Positions 1 through 14,178 of a DNA stretch of 64,000 nucleotides are shown here, one piece after another. Positions within the stretch are counted from its first letter, which is position 1. The number at the start of each line of letters is the position of its first letter. Source of the DNA: Octopus sinensis (taxonomy: Eukaryota); NCBI RefSeq assembly GCF_006345805.1, contig NC_042998.1, positions 13,764,001 to 13,828,000 on the forward strand, written 5' to 3'. The notes beneath the pieces were generated by a model. It made no database searches, had not been told where the DNA came from, and saw only the letters and a list, made by a program, of their open reading frames with translations. The position numbers were made by a program, and so were the translations under genes.

Positions 1-184
1 ATCGCAATATTCAAATTTAATCAAAACCAAAAATAAATTAGATGATAATTAGAGAAAAATCATACGGAGCCAGAAAACACGTGTTGAAAACAATAACGCA
101 GGGTTGAATAATGTTGCAGAAATGATACAAAACGGGGAAATGATCATATATTTCATTTATATTTTAAATGAACTAAAACAACGT

Positions 185-1087
185 TAGTGAGCTTGACCAT
201 CAACTATCTGAAATAATTCAAAAACACGATTCCATTCTTTCAGTAAACCTCTACAGCAAATCAAATGGAAGCTATACCCATGCTGTCTTAATTGGTGTCT
301 CGAGTTCCTCAACAGATGAATAATCCTTGTTTTCTTTGTACACACCGTTCGCGAGATATTCCCAGGAACTTTCTATAGGATTATGGTCGGGACTTCTTAC
401 TGGACATGCATTTTCCTGTTGAAATATAAAGTTCTCACCACGGAGCCTTCTTCATTCTACGTCAGTGTGAGCCCCGTCAAACATATCGATGTATCACACT
501 GCATTGGAACGGTCATCCTCGATGACAAGAGGCAGCATTCCATGGGCAGATACTGCTCCTCACACCATAAGAGCTCCTTCGCTTTTCCTCAGGAGTAAGT
601 AGAGTTTTGTATATATTCACGTGTACAGTAATACGTGTAAACACCTGAGCCATCCAAATTCCATTTTTCTCATCAACGAACAGAACCTTGGTCTATTCAA
701 AATCCCACGTCTGATGCTCCCGGGCAAGCTCCAATTTAAGAGCATTGTGGGAAGTGGAGGCAATAACGGACGTCCTAACAGCTTTTCCAGGAGAAAACAG
801 CGGGTCAGAACCACTTTACTTACGCCGGATATCGAATCTCCAAATCCGGCTGATGCCTTAAGTTTGGAAACAGAAATGCAGCGTGATTTCTTTACAGCTC
901 TGACAATAGCCCTTCCAGCCCTTTCAAAATAGCCTTGGGACGTCCCTCTTGGATCTTTCAGAAAATTGTCCATTGGCGTTCTGCTTCGCTGAATCTTCTT
1001 GGCCGTCTTAGGGTTACACATTCCTTCCGCTTTTATGGCAAGAATCTTCTATTGTTAAATATCGTAAAGCGTTGTAGCTGTAGGCAT
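185..1087 (-). pseudogene. Tc3/Tc1-like DD34E transposase pseudogene
   Basis: Minus-strand reading across frameshifts and stops: MPTATTL..KILAIKAEGMCNPKTAKKIQRSRTPMDNFLKDP (HTH, like the Tc3 N-terminus), KVLFVDEK, PVRSPDHNPIESSWEYLANGVYKENKDYSSVEEL (Tc1-family WP.xSPDLNPIE motif). TIRs not identified. Confidence 0.85.
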
Positions 1088-1428
1088 ACTGGAAATGTAG
1101 TGTGGATCACGGTGAATACCAATGAGTCGAATATGTTTCTGAAACAATCAAGAATGAAATGAAAATTTGTTAGCAGTTTTATAGTTTTGAAGTGTTGATA
1201 TGCTAGGGAATATAGGAAAATCAGGTGTTTTGATGTGATAATAAAGGCATAATTTTTACATTTTACGAAATCCACAAAACAACGTATTTCTAATAGATTA
1301 TGCCTCTTAGTTCGTTTCAATACGGAGCTAAATAAACCTGTAGCTTTATAGATGTATATAAATATATGCGGGTGTGTTTGCATGTGTTTCTGTTTGTGCA
1401 TGCACGTATGTATGTATGTATGTCTATA

Positions 1429-1484
<56 letters not shown>

Positions 1485-1589
1485 TACACATACATATATA
1501 CACATACATATATATACACATTGGAGAGAGAGAGAAAGAGTGACAGATATTATGTATACACACGCACCACACACACACACACGCACACA

Positions 1590-1688
<99 letters not shown>

Positions 1689-1950
1689 CACACATACGCC
1701 CATGCATTTGTAATTTCCTGATATATTTGTTCCTCCTCATTTCGGATGATATATAATACTGAAACATAACCACGGAATAGGAAACATGTGGTTTACACCT
1801 TGTTTATAGCCGGTGCTTTGCTGGAACGCCTTTTTTAAAGCTTCTTTTTGAGTATTTTTGCATGAATTTTATAGTTAACGCAAACTCACTCAGCTACGGG
1901 TGCTGTCACGAAAACGCTCTTTGTGTGTGTGTGATGTGTGTTTCTCTCTC

Positions 1951-2022
<72 letters not shown>

Positions 2023-2051
2023 CATACATATATACATATATGTATATATAT

Positions 2052-2085
<34 letters not shown>

Positions 2086-5000
2086 CATAATACATATATT
2101 CATATATGTATATATATATATTATACATATATACATATATGTATATATATAATATATATATATATATATGATATATATATATATATTATATATACATATA
2201 CATATATATAAATATAAATATAAATATATATATATATAATATATATATATATATAATATATATATAATATATATATATATATATTTATATTTATATTTAT
2301 ATATATGTATATGTATATATATATAATTATCATTATTATTATTGTTATAGTAATATTTATTATTATCCGCTATCAAATTGAATTTCTTCTGTTGCTCTCT
2401 TGTTTTGCATTCCCGGTTTTGAATAATGCTTCAGTTATGACATTTGTCTTTTTTAGCAGTTTTGATAAATATATAATTCTCTTGAAACCCCTCCTAAGCG
2501 CACATTGCCTTTCAACTTTAAGTTGCTTATAAATAATATAGCAAGTGTTGAAGTGAATTCTTTTCTTTGCTTATTCGTACATATTAAAAATATTTGATAC
2601 CCATTATAGAATGGATATATTTCTAAGCTAAATCTTGGATTTATTACTCTCCAAGTACAGACTTGTTTAATAAATATACATATTTCAATCGTTATCCCCT
2701 TATATTGTAACGATATATATTCAAAATTGCAATATTTAAGCGTTTCTTCAAAGATGTCCGTTATTTATCAAATAATTTTTGATACACTCTCATGATGCTG
2801 CTGTTAAAACTTAAAATATCTCTGCATAAATGACCATCTAATATTTATATCAAGTTTTAAAAACAACATTTGAGTTACAAATATATTATCTCTGCTCATT
2901 TATTTATTTCCTGTGTGTAATTTATATCGTTTGCCTGTGAAATTATTCTGTACCATATCAGTTACTTCTAAGAGGGTGTAGCAAGGCTTCTGTTCAGGTT
3001 TTGCCATAGCTCTCATATTTTCCTAGAGAAAACCCAGTACCGAATGATTTTCGTTAATGTATGAGTGTAGCCATAACATATTAACGTCTTTAAAATTCCT
3101 TCTTTTTCATCTGCTGTCTTTTAGGAGAAATATTTGGTGGGACTATTTCTTCTGGTGCTGGACTATTTCTTCGGTTTTTATCCGTTCGTCACAATTTTCT
3201 CACATTATAGATAAAAATGAATAAACTTTATATCGATACAAATACACCTAAACCAATGTAATTTCATACAAAATAAACAAAACATACAGACATCCTCGGC
3301 AAACAAAGAATTGTTCATTATGATTGTTTCTATTTATAATCGCATATTACTTTCTCCTGCGGCTTTGAAATTCTTGCAATTCAATTTCATTAATATCATT
3401 CAATTACTGTTGTTCTTCATGTAATTATTTTCTGTATATTTTCTTTCTGTTTGTTGTAAAAGTAAACTCCCTTGTAGGAAGACTGCTGTTGCGAGGACCG
3501 CTCTGCATAGCCTTCATATCCATAAACACAATATAATATAACTCTATAAATGCTAAATGTTGCCATTAAAAGTATTAGTGTCTACGCTAACATAGACCGA
3601 CCAATCAACACTGCTGCCTTATTATGATCAATGCTCTAATGTTCAACGTAGAGAGACAAATTTTACAATCATAGCTGGCCAAGAATTCTGGAAGATGGCT
3701 TAGTGATACAGATGGTGTCAAAATCAAACCTGAATCAGAGGTCCACTAAACCACATTGTGGAATCTGTATTTCTTCTCTTAGCATATCGTTCTCTCCCCA
3801 CTGATTGACGTTCTTATTGTTACTTGCTTACGCTGTACTCGACAACAGGCACCAAACTTAACTTGTGGTGTAGAATAAGGCTTATGAAGTATATGCTGTG
3901 ATTTAAACTCCTTCTACTATTTCCAAAATAATTTAGAAGGTTCTATGAAAGAAGACTACTAAGTGTTATGTTTGCTAAGCTTTGTTCAATAAATTAATCG
4001 GTTATAGATTTTGTAACTAAAGAAAACGTGATTTAATGAATTATTTAAAATTACGATTGTATCGTGTGTAGAAATTTGTTTTCACACGTCATATATTAGC
4101 CAAGTGAAGGGTATAACCCACTACAATTCCAGAAACGGAAACCGCTAATCCCTTGATCATCACATTTGCATGATTTTAAAATGGACTCTGTAAATGATAT
4201 CATCACCACACTTTAAGCGTAGAGGATCCAAGGGAGAGAGATGGTGTGTAGAAGCAAAAGCAGATTTCAGAATTTGACTGCTACTTTATCGTATGTACAT
4301 CAGAATAATGAAAATTAAAGTGTATCTCGATGGGATTCTGAATCAAAACGTAGAGAACCTGACTGGATAGTGCAATACAGTCGATATGATGCTTGTATAA
4401 ATATTGCTAATACACGTCTTATCCTCGCAACTTACATTGTTATATTGATATTTTGCCTAGGTGGTGATACCTCATGAAGTGTTAGCAACAATCAATATTA
4501 ACCTGACTGAAAGCGCATTATTTATCCCCTTCCAAAGTTTATAATTTCATTAGAAATTAGAAATCCAATGTTTCATTCACTCATAACAATTAAACAGACA
4601 TCAATGCCGGATTTTCAGTCCTGTATCCATACTATTTTCCAGGAAATAATGTATTGGAGATAAACATTCTTTCCTCAGGTCTAACTCATCAATTGTTAAT
4701 GAGCGGCCTCTTGTTAAGAAGGAAAAATATGGTTTTGTTGCATCTAACTTTCACATGACATTGTGAATTTCACTGTTTTAGAAAGCTAGAGAATCGCGTA
4801 TAACAATGCTTGTGTGGTTTCATATGTAATACGTATCAAACGTTATGTTACATATATCACTGTAGATTACTGCTGTCAAAGTTAATTCTTTGAGTCAGGG
4901 CATTTTGACAATGAATTTTTAGAGGTTATGAATAAACAATTCAGTTTTCAGCTGGGTCCAGCTATGCTCTATGGAAAAGAAGCACCTGCAAGATAGAACT

Positions 5001-6003
5001 ATATTCTTAAATATCTTTATCGCTTTAGTTGGATGTAGTGTCAGTTTATTATTCAATATTTTGCAAACCTAAGACGTCCTTGCCAAAAGAATGTTCCACT
5101 TGCTAGGATAGAATAGATTTCTGGAATTAAATCATTTATCAGTAAACTAACAATTACCAAACGATGACAGCGCCAACGCTGAGTAATGGTTGCTGATCGT
5201 GACGTAAAATCTTCCTCTTTGCCATCATAGAATAAATTATGAATTATAAGTAAGGAAATATGTACGCCCTCTGTCGATGATATTCACTGATTGCTATCAC
5301 CCCGGCCGCTTCTAAATGTGTTACATTAATCCTAGCTATCAGAAATACCTAATCCAGTGAATCTCAATATTACTTATGTACCTCTTTATTATTTTATTGC
5401 GTCTTGAAAGAGATGTCACGAAAATATTATTATTATTTGTCGTGTTTATCAAATCCCACTGGTTATTTCTCTTTTCTCAAGCTTTATTTTGCAAAATTTA
5501 CCAGGGATATCATTATGGTTTCACAACATTAAAATTACGTTTAAATTGAGTATTTTTGCTATCTACGGTCTTGATCTACTCCGGATATATATTTAGAGAT
5601 AAGTTACAAGAAAATACCATATCCGAAATTACTCTTCTTTTAGTTACCCTTATGCTCCCAAGATTAATGTCACTTAATCTCAACCAAGATGTTTATTCCA
5701 ATTAGGAAATATAAATACAATATTTAAAGAAAATATAGATTTCCTATTTGCCAATGAAATGGCTCTAGGGGAATAGATTGTATGAATGGAAAGTAATGTA
5801 GGATTCATCGCCTTAAGCGTTATGATGAATTAAAATACGATATGTTTATGTAGACTATTGAATAGACATTTCTAGTAGGCTAATGATAGGAGGTTATAAG
5901 TGAATTTCACAAGTGCATTTCAATTTTCACTTCATTGAATTTTCCGAGTGCTTTTTTTAAAGTTATCGAATAATTCCTGGACAGATGTAATAAACTCGGA
6001 TAA

Positions 6004-6492
6004 GATATTGGAATACCAGGATTGCTACCTTTCTCGAATACCAATATAATAAGAAATATTTACTATAAACTGAATTCAAACGCTTACATTAAGGAGCCTT
6101 ATTGAGTATTTTTGGCAGCTGTATACTTAACCGGACCTATTTTGCTCTGCTAATGTAAATGGTAGCTTCTGTGGAGTATTGAACAAGAAAACTTTGTTTA
6201 GTCAAGACCCTAATTCTATCGAGGAAATATTATGCTCAACAATGCTTATATGATATTAGAATACCAGGATTGCTACCTTTCTTGAATACCAATATAATAA
6301 CAAATATTTACTATAAACTGAATACAAACGCTTACATTACAGAGCCTTATTAAGTATTTTTTGCAGCTATGTACATAACCGGACCTATTTTGCTCTACTA
6401 ATGTAAATAGTAGCTTCTGTGGAGTATTGAACAAGAAAACTTTGTTTAGTCAAGACTCAAAATTTATCGAGGAAATATTATGCTCAACAATG
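6004..6492. repeat. Tandem duplication, two ~248-bp units
   Basis: gatatt..gaataccaggattgctacc...tatgctcaacaatg occurs at 6004-6244 and 6252-6492 with scattered substitutions. Confidence 0.95.
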
Positions 6493-7011
6493 TGTATATG
6501 GGTGGAAAAATCCAAATATCATAATTATAGAGAAGTAACTACCAAACATATTACTTTGCAAAAGATTGTTCTATATTCAATCATGTATTCTATACTAATT
6601 TTATTTCTTATACCATTACTAAACTAATATAATCATAAATTATTTAGTAGAATGTTAAAGAGTATGTCTTTCCTGTATACCCTGTAACGTTTTCACTCAC
6701 ATCTGCAATGCTAGAATGCATTATAGGAAGCCCGTCTAAAGCATATATAGGGGTGTTCAAGCCCAAACTTTATCCTGAATATAAGCTTAGATTTAATAGG
6801 GACAATGTGATACTTGTTATAATTCTTACTGCTAGATGGAACTGGTTGAAGGAGCACGTTCTATTAAACATATTAAACAGGAAGATTCAGCCGACACCTT
6901 GATTCCTTAAGTAGTACAGCATTTGCATAATTCAATACCTGAGCGCATCACATACTCGAACTGTTTCAAGGCAGCAAGTAATATTGCATCGCAGATGTTT
7001 AAAATATAGAT

Positions 7012-7247
7012 ACCTATTTCTTTACTAGCCACAAGGGGCTAAACACAGTGAGAACAAACAAGGACAGACAGACTGATAAAGTCGATTATATCGACCCCAG
7101 TGCGTAACTGGTACTTATTTAATCGATCCCGAAAGGATGAAAGGCAAAGTCGACCTCTGTTGAATTTGAACACAAAACGTAACAGCAGACGAAATACCAC
7201 AAAGTATTTCGCCCGGCGTGCTAACGTTTCTGCCAGCTCGCCGCCTT
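7012..7247 (-). mobile_element. tRNA-derived SINE, family A (GGCGGCGAGCTGGC head)
   Basis: Reverse complement of the copies at 11837 and 20408. B-box-like GAGTTCAAATTC in the family; central gcctttcatcctttcggggtcgataaa; 15-bp TSD aaaatatagatacct at 7001-7015 and 7249-7263. Confidence 0.9.
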
Positions 7248-7480
7248 CAAAATATAGATACCTGGCATACAAACGCTTTCATGAAGTCATTTGATCCTCA
7301 CTGCGGGTACACAATATGGCCGTTTCCGTAATATTAGAGGTAATCGTGATCATACCTGGAATATTTGCTTGCTACATGTATGTGATGACCGGAGATAAGA
7401 TAGATCGTATCGGGACATTTTTCAGTTTATAAACATTACCATCACTTCAATACGTCTTCATTATGTTTTTTTCTTCAGTA

Positions 7481-7782
7481 GATATGTGGTAAGAATCTTC
7501 CTACTCAACCACATGATTCTGGATACAGTCCGTGGCAACATGGAAAAGTGTCTTCTACTATAACCTCAGACCGACAAAAGCTTTGTGAGAGGGTTTGGTA
7601 GACGGAAACTGAAAGAAGCATGTCGTGTTTACGTCCCCGTAATTTAGCGGATCGGCAAAATTGACCGATAGTATAAGTACTAGGCATACAACAACTTTGT
7701 TATGCGATGTATTTGTTCGACTAAACGCGGTGCTCCAGCCTGGCCGCAGTCAAATGACTGAAGCAAGTAAAAGAATAAAAGA
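7481..7782 (+). mobile_element. SINE family B (CORE-like), diverged copy
   Basis: Matches the copies at 29606, 38569 and 54408 (gtggtaag..caaccacatg..gtgtcttctactata..ggtagacggaaactgaaagaagc..caagtaaaaga tail) but lacks the internal microsatellite. Confidence 0.85.
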
Positions 7783-7799
7783 ACAATGAAGATGTCTGG

Positions 7800-8100
7800 A
7801 ATACAGAAAAGAGGAAGACCAGCTGCTGTCCTATGATGCCCATTGACATTCAATGCACAATCATTTCTGATGTGGCAGTTAGATTGCAACTATACCAAAA
7901 AAAATCCGTCAATCTTTCAGCAGCATATAGACAACGCAGAAATACAATTTCATCACAGCAGGGTGCATTTATCAAGATCTACAAATCCAAACACAGATTT
8001 GGAAATCTCTGGGCCTGTTTCATGGATTTTCTAAAAGAGGTTTTGTCAATACTAGCCTCAATGTCCATTCTTGAATAATTGATATCGGTAGATATCCAGT
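7800..8100 (+). pseudogene. Possible decayed LINE reverse transcriptase fragment
   Basis: PIDIQCTIIS..., RST and LWACFMDF(L)K resemble the RPISL / RST / F.DFxKAFD order of LINE RT; heavily degraded. Confidence 0.3.
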
Positions 8101-8874
8101 GATTATTTCCAAAACTCACTAGAATTCATCTGATGAAATGCCAAGTAATCATTTTGTCTTCCCATTTAACATCACTTTCAAGATTCCTGACATACAATCC
8201 ACGAACAACATATTATTCTTGCTCTACATCATTCCATGCACAGTGGCAACGTGCTTCGAGTAAGAAAGTAAGCGGCTTAAAATAAGAGGGAACTTGCATT
8301 TGGGGAAAAACCTCTCAGAGTAAGAAACATGCCCTCTGACGCGAAATTACATCTGCAATTTCGCTTGGTTTAAATTTTGATTTCGAGCAATCAACTAAAA
8401 TTAAGAATATATCGATAGGAAACCTCTTACGTCAATGCCGATTCTCAAAACCACGCCTATGTATATCAAGAATCTTGTGAATTCATTTCCAAGCTGCCAC
8501 TAAATTGAAGCATCAGCATGCAGTTAGGAACCACTGTTCGTAAGTTTGCTGAACAACGGGGCTCTGGAAACGTTAAATTTTTTTCTTGTGTGTGTTGAGC
8601 ATCTGACTGTGTGACGCTATAAGTAATTGTATCAGTGGATGTATGTATGTATGTATGTATGCATATATATATTATATATATATAATATAGATATATATAT
8701 GTAAATTATGTATATTATATATATATATATATATTATATATAATATATACTATATATGATATATATATGTATATAGATATATATATGTATAGATATATAT
8801 ATATATGGATATGATAATATATATATATGTAGATATATATATTATATATATATATATATGTATATATATAATGT

Positions 8875-8969
<95 letters not shown>

Positions 8970-9007
8970 GTATATATATTATATATATAATATATATATA
9001 TATATAG

Positions 9008-9040
<33 letters not shown>

Positions 9041-9050
9041 TATATATATA

Positions 9051-9400
9051 TACTAAGCAATAAAGGGTTAGCAACGAATTGCCTTACCACATAACCGAAT
9101 TTAGAAATAGCAGTCAAGAGTTATAGCTATTTCTTCTACTAAAAAGGGAGATCTCAGTAAAAACAGCAATTGTTTTTGCTGTTTTTACTGAGATCTCCCT
9201 TTTTAGTAGAAGAAATAGCTATAACTCTTTGACTGCTATTTCTAAATTCGGTATGTGGTAAGCAATTCGTTGCTAAACCCTTTATTGCTTAGTATTACTT
9301 AAATTTTCCTCGAATGAGGGCTTTACATGCCGAAGACTACTTGGTGTAATTGATAATTATTCCAATTAATTAATTTCACCCTTCATTATTACGGATAACC
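9051..9400. mobile_element. Palindromic element in (TA)n, probably Penelope-like pLTR derivative
   Basis: Arms 9051-9169 and 9176-9294 are near-perfect reverse complements. A unique tail runs to ~9400, with (TA)n on both sides. Confidence 0.6.
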
Positions 9401-9431
<31 letters not shown>

Positions 9432-9455
9432 TATTATATATATATATATATATAT

Positions 9456-9491
<36 letters not shown>

Positions 9492-9507
9492 ATACATAGA
9501 TAGATAG

Positions 9508-9561
<54 letters not shown>

Positions 9562-9626
9562 CACACATACACACACACAGATATATATATATATACATAT
9601 ACATATACAAATATATATATATACAT

Positions 9627-9683
<57 letters not shown>

Positions 9684-10197
9684 TAGATAGATAGATAGAT
9701 AGATAGATATAGAGAGAGAAAGAGAGAGCGATAAAGAGAGATAGGAGCAAAAGGCCACGACGAAGAAAAGAGAGAAATGCTAGTATTTTAAACAAAGTTT
9801 TTGTTGAAGTTTTGGTTATTTAAACTAGTTATCTGACACGTAACGTTATTTTTTCTTTCTTGAGTATTGTACAACCACTCTTAAGACATTCCATTCCTTA
9901 TTGCAGTTGTCCTATGCATATCTTCGCCATCACAATTATTACCTTCCCACGCGTTTATTTAGAATATTCCAGTAAATTTCATTGAACTGACAGACATATT
10001 CTCTATTCCCATTTGTAGAGAGAATTTTCCTTTTAACTTGTACTTATTCAACTTCAAAAGACACTCACCTGAAATTACACCCACACACACCTGGAGCATA
10101 TCGAACATCAGACATCAGAATATGCTATATGACATTTGAAAATGCTAGTACATTTTTATCAGTCAAATTTCTTTTATATAACAGCAGTAATTTTGCA

Positions 10198-11147
10198 CTA
10201 GCGGCACCCGTTGATATTTCACGGAATTGTTGGTAAACATATTGGGTTATATCTGAAAACTTTAACCAAAAGACCCCAAAGCATAACCTGTGTTGTGTCT
10301 GCATCGAAAGATAGTTGCTTATGTCTTAATCTTTGAAAAGTGAACGAAACTGCAATACGATGATTACTTATTGCACTTTATACTTTATATACTTTATGCA
10401 CAATTTTATAGACTTAATACACAACGCACTTAAAATATTCACTCTTATTTTTCAATTTTTCCCATAAACAAACACAAAAATCCCGTACATATGATACAAC
10501 CTTTAGTTACATTGTATATATCTACTACGTAAATGAGCCTGAATATTTCACGGAATTGCACTTATGTGTATGCGTTGTGATAGATGATATATAATATTTA
10601 GTTCAATTAAAATAAAAAATACACATTTCACTATCCAATTTCCACCACAACTATCTCTATCTCCACCACCACCACTACTACTACCATCATCATTTCTCCC
10701 TCTCTCTCTCTCTCCCACTCTATCTCTCTTCCTCTCTCTCTCCCACTCTATCTCTTTTCCTCTCACTCCCCACTTTCTCTGCCTTTCTGTAACTTCACCA
10801 TCAGAACATCTCACCTCTGCAAAAAAATTATATTTCTAATTTTCCCCCTCTACATTTAACTAACCCTTTTAACCAAGTGATAAATATTACGTTCCCTGTA
10901 CCTTACGTTATTAATGCTTCTCTTTCTTCTTCTTCCGGCCTCATTCTTCGCCTTATCCTCTTCTTCATTTCTCTTACTTTTTCTCTCTCTCATATCTTTC
11001 AGCTACTCACGTGATCGTTTTACACTTACATCCCTTCTACCTCACGTCATGGACGTTTCTCTCTCCCACTTTCTTTCTCCCGCTTTTTTTTCTGAAAGCG
11101 TTATATACGGGCTGAGTAACGCTATGACAAACATAATGATTATAAGA
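10198..11147 (-). mobile_element. Putative non-autonomous Helitron
   Basis: Minus strand starts A|TCTTATAAT (11147) and ends with a hairpin (ccgt(t)gatatttcacgg) followed by CTAG|T (10198). The boundaries are inferred from the termini only. Confidence 0.4.
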
Positions 11148-11319
11148 TGATATTCCTCTTATGCGTTACCTTATTTTCTGAGCACTACAAAACCAAGTTT
11201 TGTTCATTCTCACTCACATGTACGATCAGTGATGAATTGTCAGATTGATCTTGTCCCCTGGGCATATTACCGTGGCAAATGAAAGATAGGGGATGGAGCA
11301 TACGAGAATTTATTATTAA

Positions 11320-11424
11320 TCTCTACAATTGTTTCGACACATCTAGCATCGCCCCTTCATGGGAGGGACATTCAACAACTGCTTCAGGAGCATCAGGCGG
11401 TGCAGATGTATCTTGTCAGGTGAT
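11320..11424 (-). ncRNA. Type I hammerhead ribozyme motif with long stem II (G8A, probably inactive)
   Basis: Minus strand: atcac CTGACAA gatacatct-gcaccgcc...ggcgatgc-tagatgtgtc GAAA caattg TA gagat; stem III is palindromic. Confidence 0.7.
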
Positions 11425-11836
11425 GAATAAATACAATTCGTTAAAATAATAGTTCCGCAATGTAACTTCTCGTTTTGTAGAAAAGCAACCGGACGGAGAA
11501 AAACAAGAGAAATGAAGACGCAATCCAGCGTGAAAAGTATTTTAAATATCCGTTAACAAATATGGATTTATAAACACCATCGGGAAAGCGTCATGGCGCG
11601 AGTACATTCGCTCATACCAGCATCCGCAAAAATGTGAGCATACGCACACGTGAGGTTTGGTGCACTCATGATTACAAAGCGAGTTAGCTATCTACTTGGT
11701 GTTTGTAAGAACGGTGAGCTTCAAAGTATCCATACCCTAAACTATATTAAATTATGTTAACGGTTGATCAGAATTCATTTCCACTGAATTGTACGAAAGT
11801 ACATTTATATGCGCGTAGGTATCTCGAAAGTTTAAA

Positions 11837-12323
11837 GGCGGCGAGCTGGCAGAAACGTTAGCACGCCGGGCGTAATGCTTAGCGGTGTTTCATCTGCCGC
11901 TACGTTCTGAGTTCAAATTCCGCCGAGGTCGACTTTGTCATTCATCCTTTTGCGGGTCGATAAATTAAGTACCAGTTACGCACTGGAGTCGATGTAATCG
12001 ACTTAATCCGTTTGTCTGTCCTTGTTTCTCCTCTCTGTGTTTAGCCCCTTGTGGGTAGTAAAGAAATAGGTATCTCGAGGGTTTCAAGGCGGTGAGCTGG
12101 CAAAATCGTTAGCACGCCGGGTGGAAATGCTTAGCGGTAATCGTCTGCCGTTTCGTTCTGAGTTCAAATTCGTCCGAAGTCGACTTTGCCTTTCATCCAT
12201 TTGGGATCGATTAAATAAGTACCAGTTACGCACTGGGGTTGATGTAAACGACTTAATCTGTTTGTCTGTCCTTGTTTGTTCCCTCTGTGTTTAGCCCCTT
12301 GTGGGTAGTAAAAAAATAGGTAT
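11837..12323 (+). mobile_element. SINE family A, head-to-tail dimer
   Basis: Two full copies (11837-12073 and 12088-12323). The target repeat taggtatctcga.agtt occurs three times, at 11816, 12067 and 12317. Confidence 0.92.
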
Positions 12324-13749
12324 CCCGAGAGTTGTTCAGAAATTCTATTAATGATCTTCTCGTTAGTCCACATAATAGACAAGGATTCCTCGGAGTAGGG
12401 ACGGCATCTCCTGGAAATTATATTGCATGTTTTCATGTACCTTACTATGAACCAAGTTACGCTGTATTAAATTTTATCCGCCTTCATTCGCCATACAAAA
12501 TCTGCTAAAGATGTTCAATGTCTCCTATTGATTTCTTAAGGTTAGCAACATTGTTACGATAACGATTCTTAAATGGATCAGCCGTCTTCCCAATGTAAAC
12601 ATATGGTCCTCCCCTTGTGTGCACGGTACATTTGTATACAAGTTTTGTATTCATACAGAGATTCATCAAAGGATGTTTTGATTTTTCTCTGCATGAGTAT
12701 TTATCGTATTTATTTGCATATAAGGCTGTCCCAAATCCATTTACCGGCGTTGTTACCTTGTTAGCTGTGCCATAAGTATTTCTATTACTACAAATTTGTT
12801 GTAATTGCTGTTTATAATTAAGCTTTATTTATTCATGGTTGGTATTTAGATGCAAATATATGTATGTATGTATGCATATGTCCATGTGTGTATGTATGTA
12901 CATATGTATGTATGTATGTTTGTATGTATGTATGTAGGTAGGTAGGTAGGTATGTATGTGTGAACGATTCGATAAGCGAGGCGCAGGAAGAACGTTAGCT
13001 TAAAAAAGCTTAAAAGTACAAGAATTAACTTTCAGGTACAGTCTCGGTTTACTGAGGCGAAATGTGGATATTTTCTATATCGAAGTAAGGCAGATGAAAA
13101 TGTTATTCTTATTTTTCGGTAAACTGGCCGTTTTTCCAGGTATGCGAATTAAACAGAAGACTTAATGAATGGAGTAGATAATACCCGGGTTATATATGCT
13201 TCATAGCGAGCGGAACCTCGGAAGTAGAAAATATCCAAGCGAGGGGATTACTGCAGGCTACACTTCAGTTCTTCACTCCAAGTGTATCTTGATTAAATAA
13301 AGTTTACATTGTCGTATAGAGGTACATGAAGACACACGGACGGTTGGACCTGAATGTGTAGTGAGCACGGTTAGAATGGAAAATATATTGTGGAGAGAAA
13401 ATAAGGGGAGTGAAAAAGAAAAGAATATAGGAAAAAAGAAAGAGTCGATAAACAAACATTAAATAGTGGGTGGAGTTTCTTTTCTGTAGTTTCAGCTCAG
13501 AGCTGCGCCCATGCCGATGCACCACCGTTTAATGAAAAAATAAAGACGGACGATATGCCACTAAGCATTTCTGTCTAGCGTGCAAACGGTTCTGCCAGCT
13601 CGCTTGCCTTAAAGGATTGTAAAGAATTTAAGCAAAGGCACTTCGCATGTGGTTTTCATTAGGACCATTTTGGCCGGATCAAAGAAAAATGCTAAGATAT
13701 TGGTATTTCAGGATAACGTGGAGCGAAGAGTGGGGAACATTTGTGATCA

Positions 13750-13862
13750 AGGGCTCCATTCAGTTTCTATCTCCCAAATCCACTCACAAGCTTTTGGTCG
13801 TCCCGACGCTATCGTAGAAGACACTTGCCCCAAGATGCAACTCAGTGGAACTGAATCCGAAA
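13750..13862 (-). mobile_element. SINE family B 5' fragment
   Basis: cagtttc..ccaaatccactcacaagcttttggtcg..gtagaagacacttgccccaag is the reverse complement of the family B head. Confidence 0.75.
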
Positions 13863-14144
13863 ACAATCAGGTTGGCACCTTGTCACGAGTGTCTGTATAT
13901 TTACGTGCCAAACGGTATGAATAATCCATAACACCGAAAAGCATAATTTCGAAACTATACATTCTTATTCACATAGCAATACTTATTTCTAGAAATCAAA
14001 TCCACTAGTGTATATATTAAAACCAGGGTGATAAAATCCAACTTCTAATACTTTGTAATATGAGGTTTTGTCCACTACAACTTTTAATAGTTGGTTATCC
14101 ATATATATATATATATATTGTTGTGTCTATAGAGAGTCATTACG

Positions 14145-14178
<34 letters not shown>

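Larger units (their letters stand above)
11280..12830 (-). mobile_element. Penelope-like element 3' remnant (GIY-YIG endonuclease plus 3' pLTR), interrupted by a SINE dimer
   Basis: Minus strand 12700-12330 reads SCREKSKHPLMNLCMNTKLVYKCTVHTRGGPYVYIGKTADPFKNRYRNN...LADFVWRMK...RRCRPYSEE...IINRISE, the typical PLE Cys motif, GIY-YIG and C-terminus. A hammerhead motif and AATAAA follow at 11424-11308. Confidence 0.85.

Noticed and set aside
1033-2532. Many YIYIYI/CVCV/THTH ORFs, here and throughout the window
   Set aside because: Translations of stop-free microsatellites, not genes.
2360-3400. Possible very old R4/Dong RT relic on minus
   Set aside because: Only faint motif resemblance; cannot be supported by eye.
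12620-12675. SFD.SLY / LYTNVP resembling the Penelope RT motif
   Set aside because: It overlaps the much better supported GIY-YIG reading in another frame, so it is treated as coincidence.
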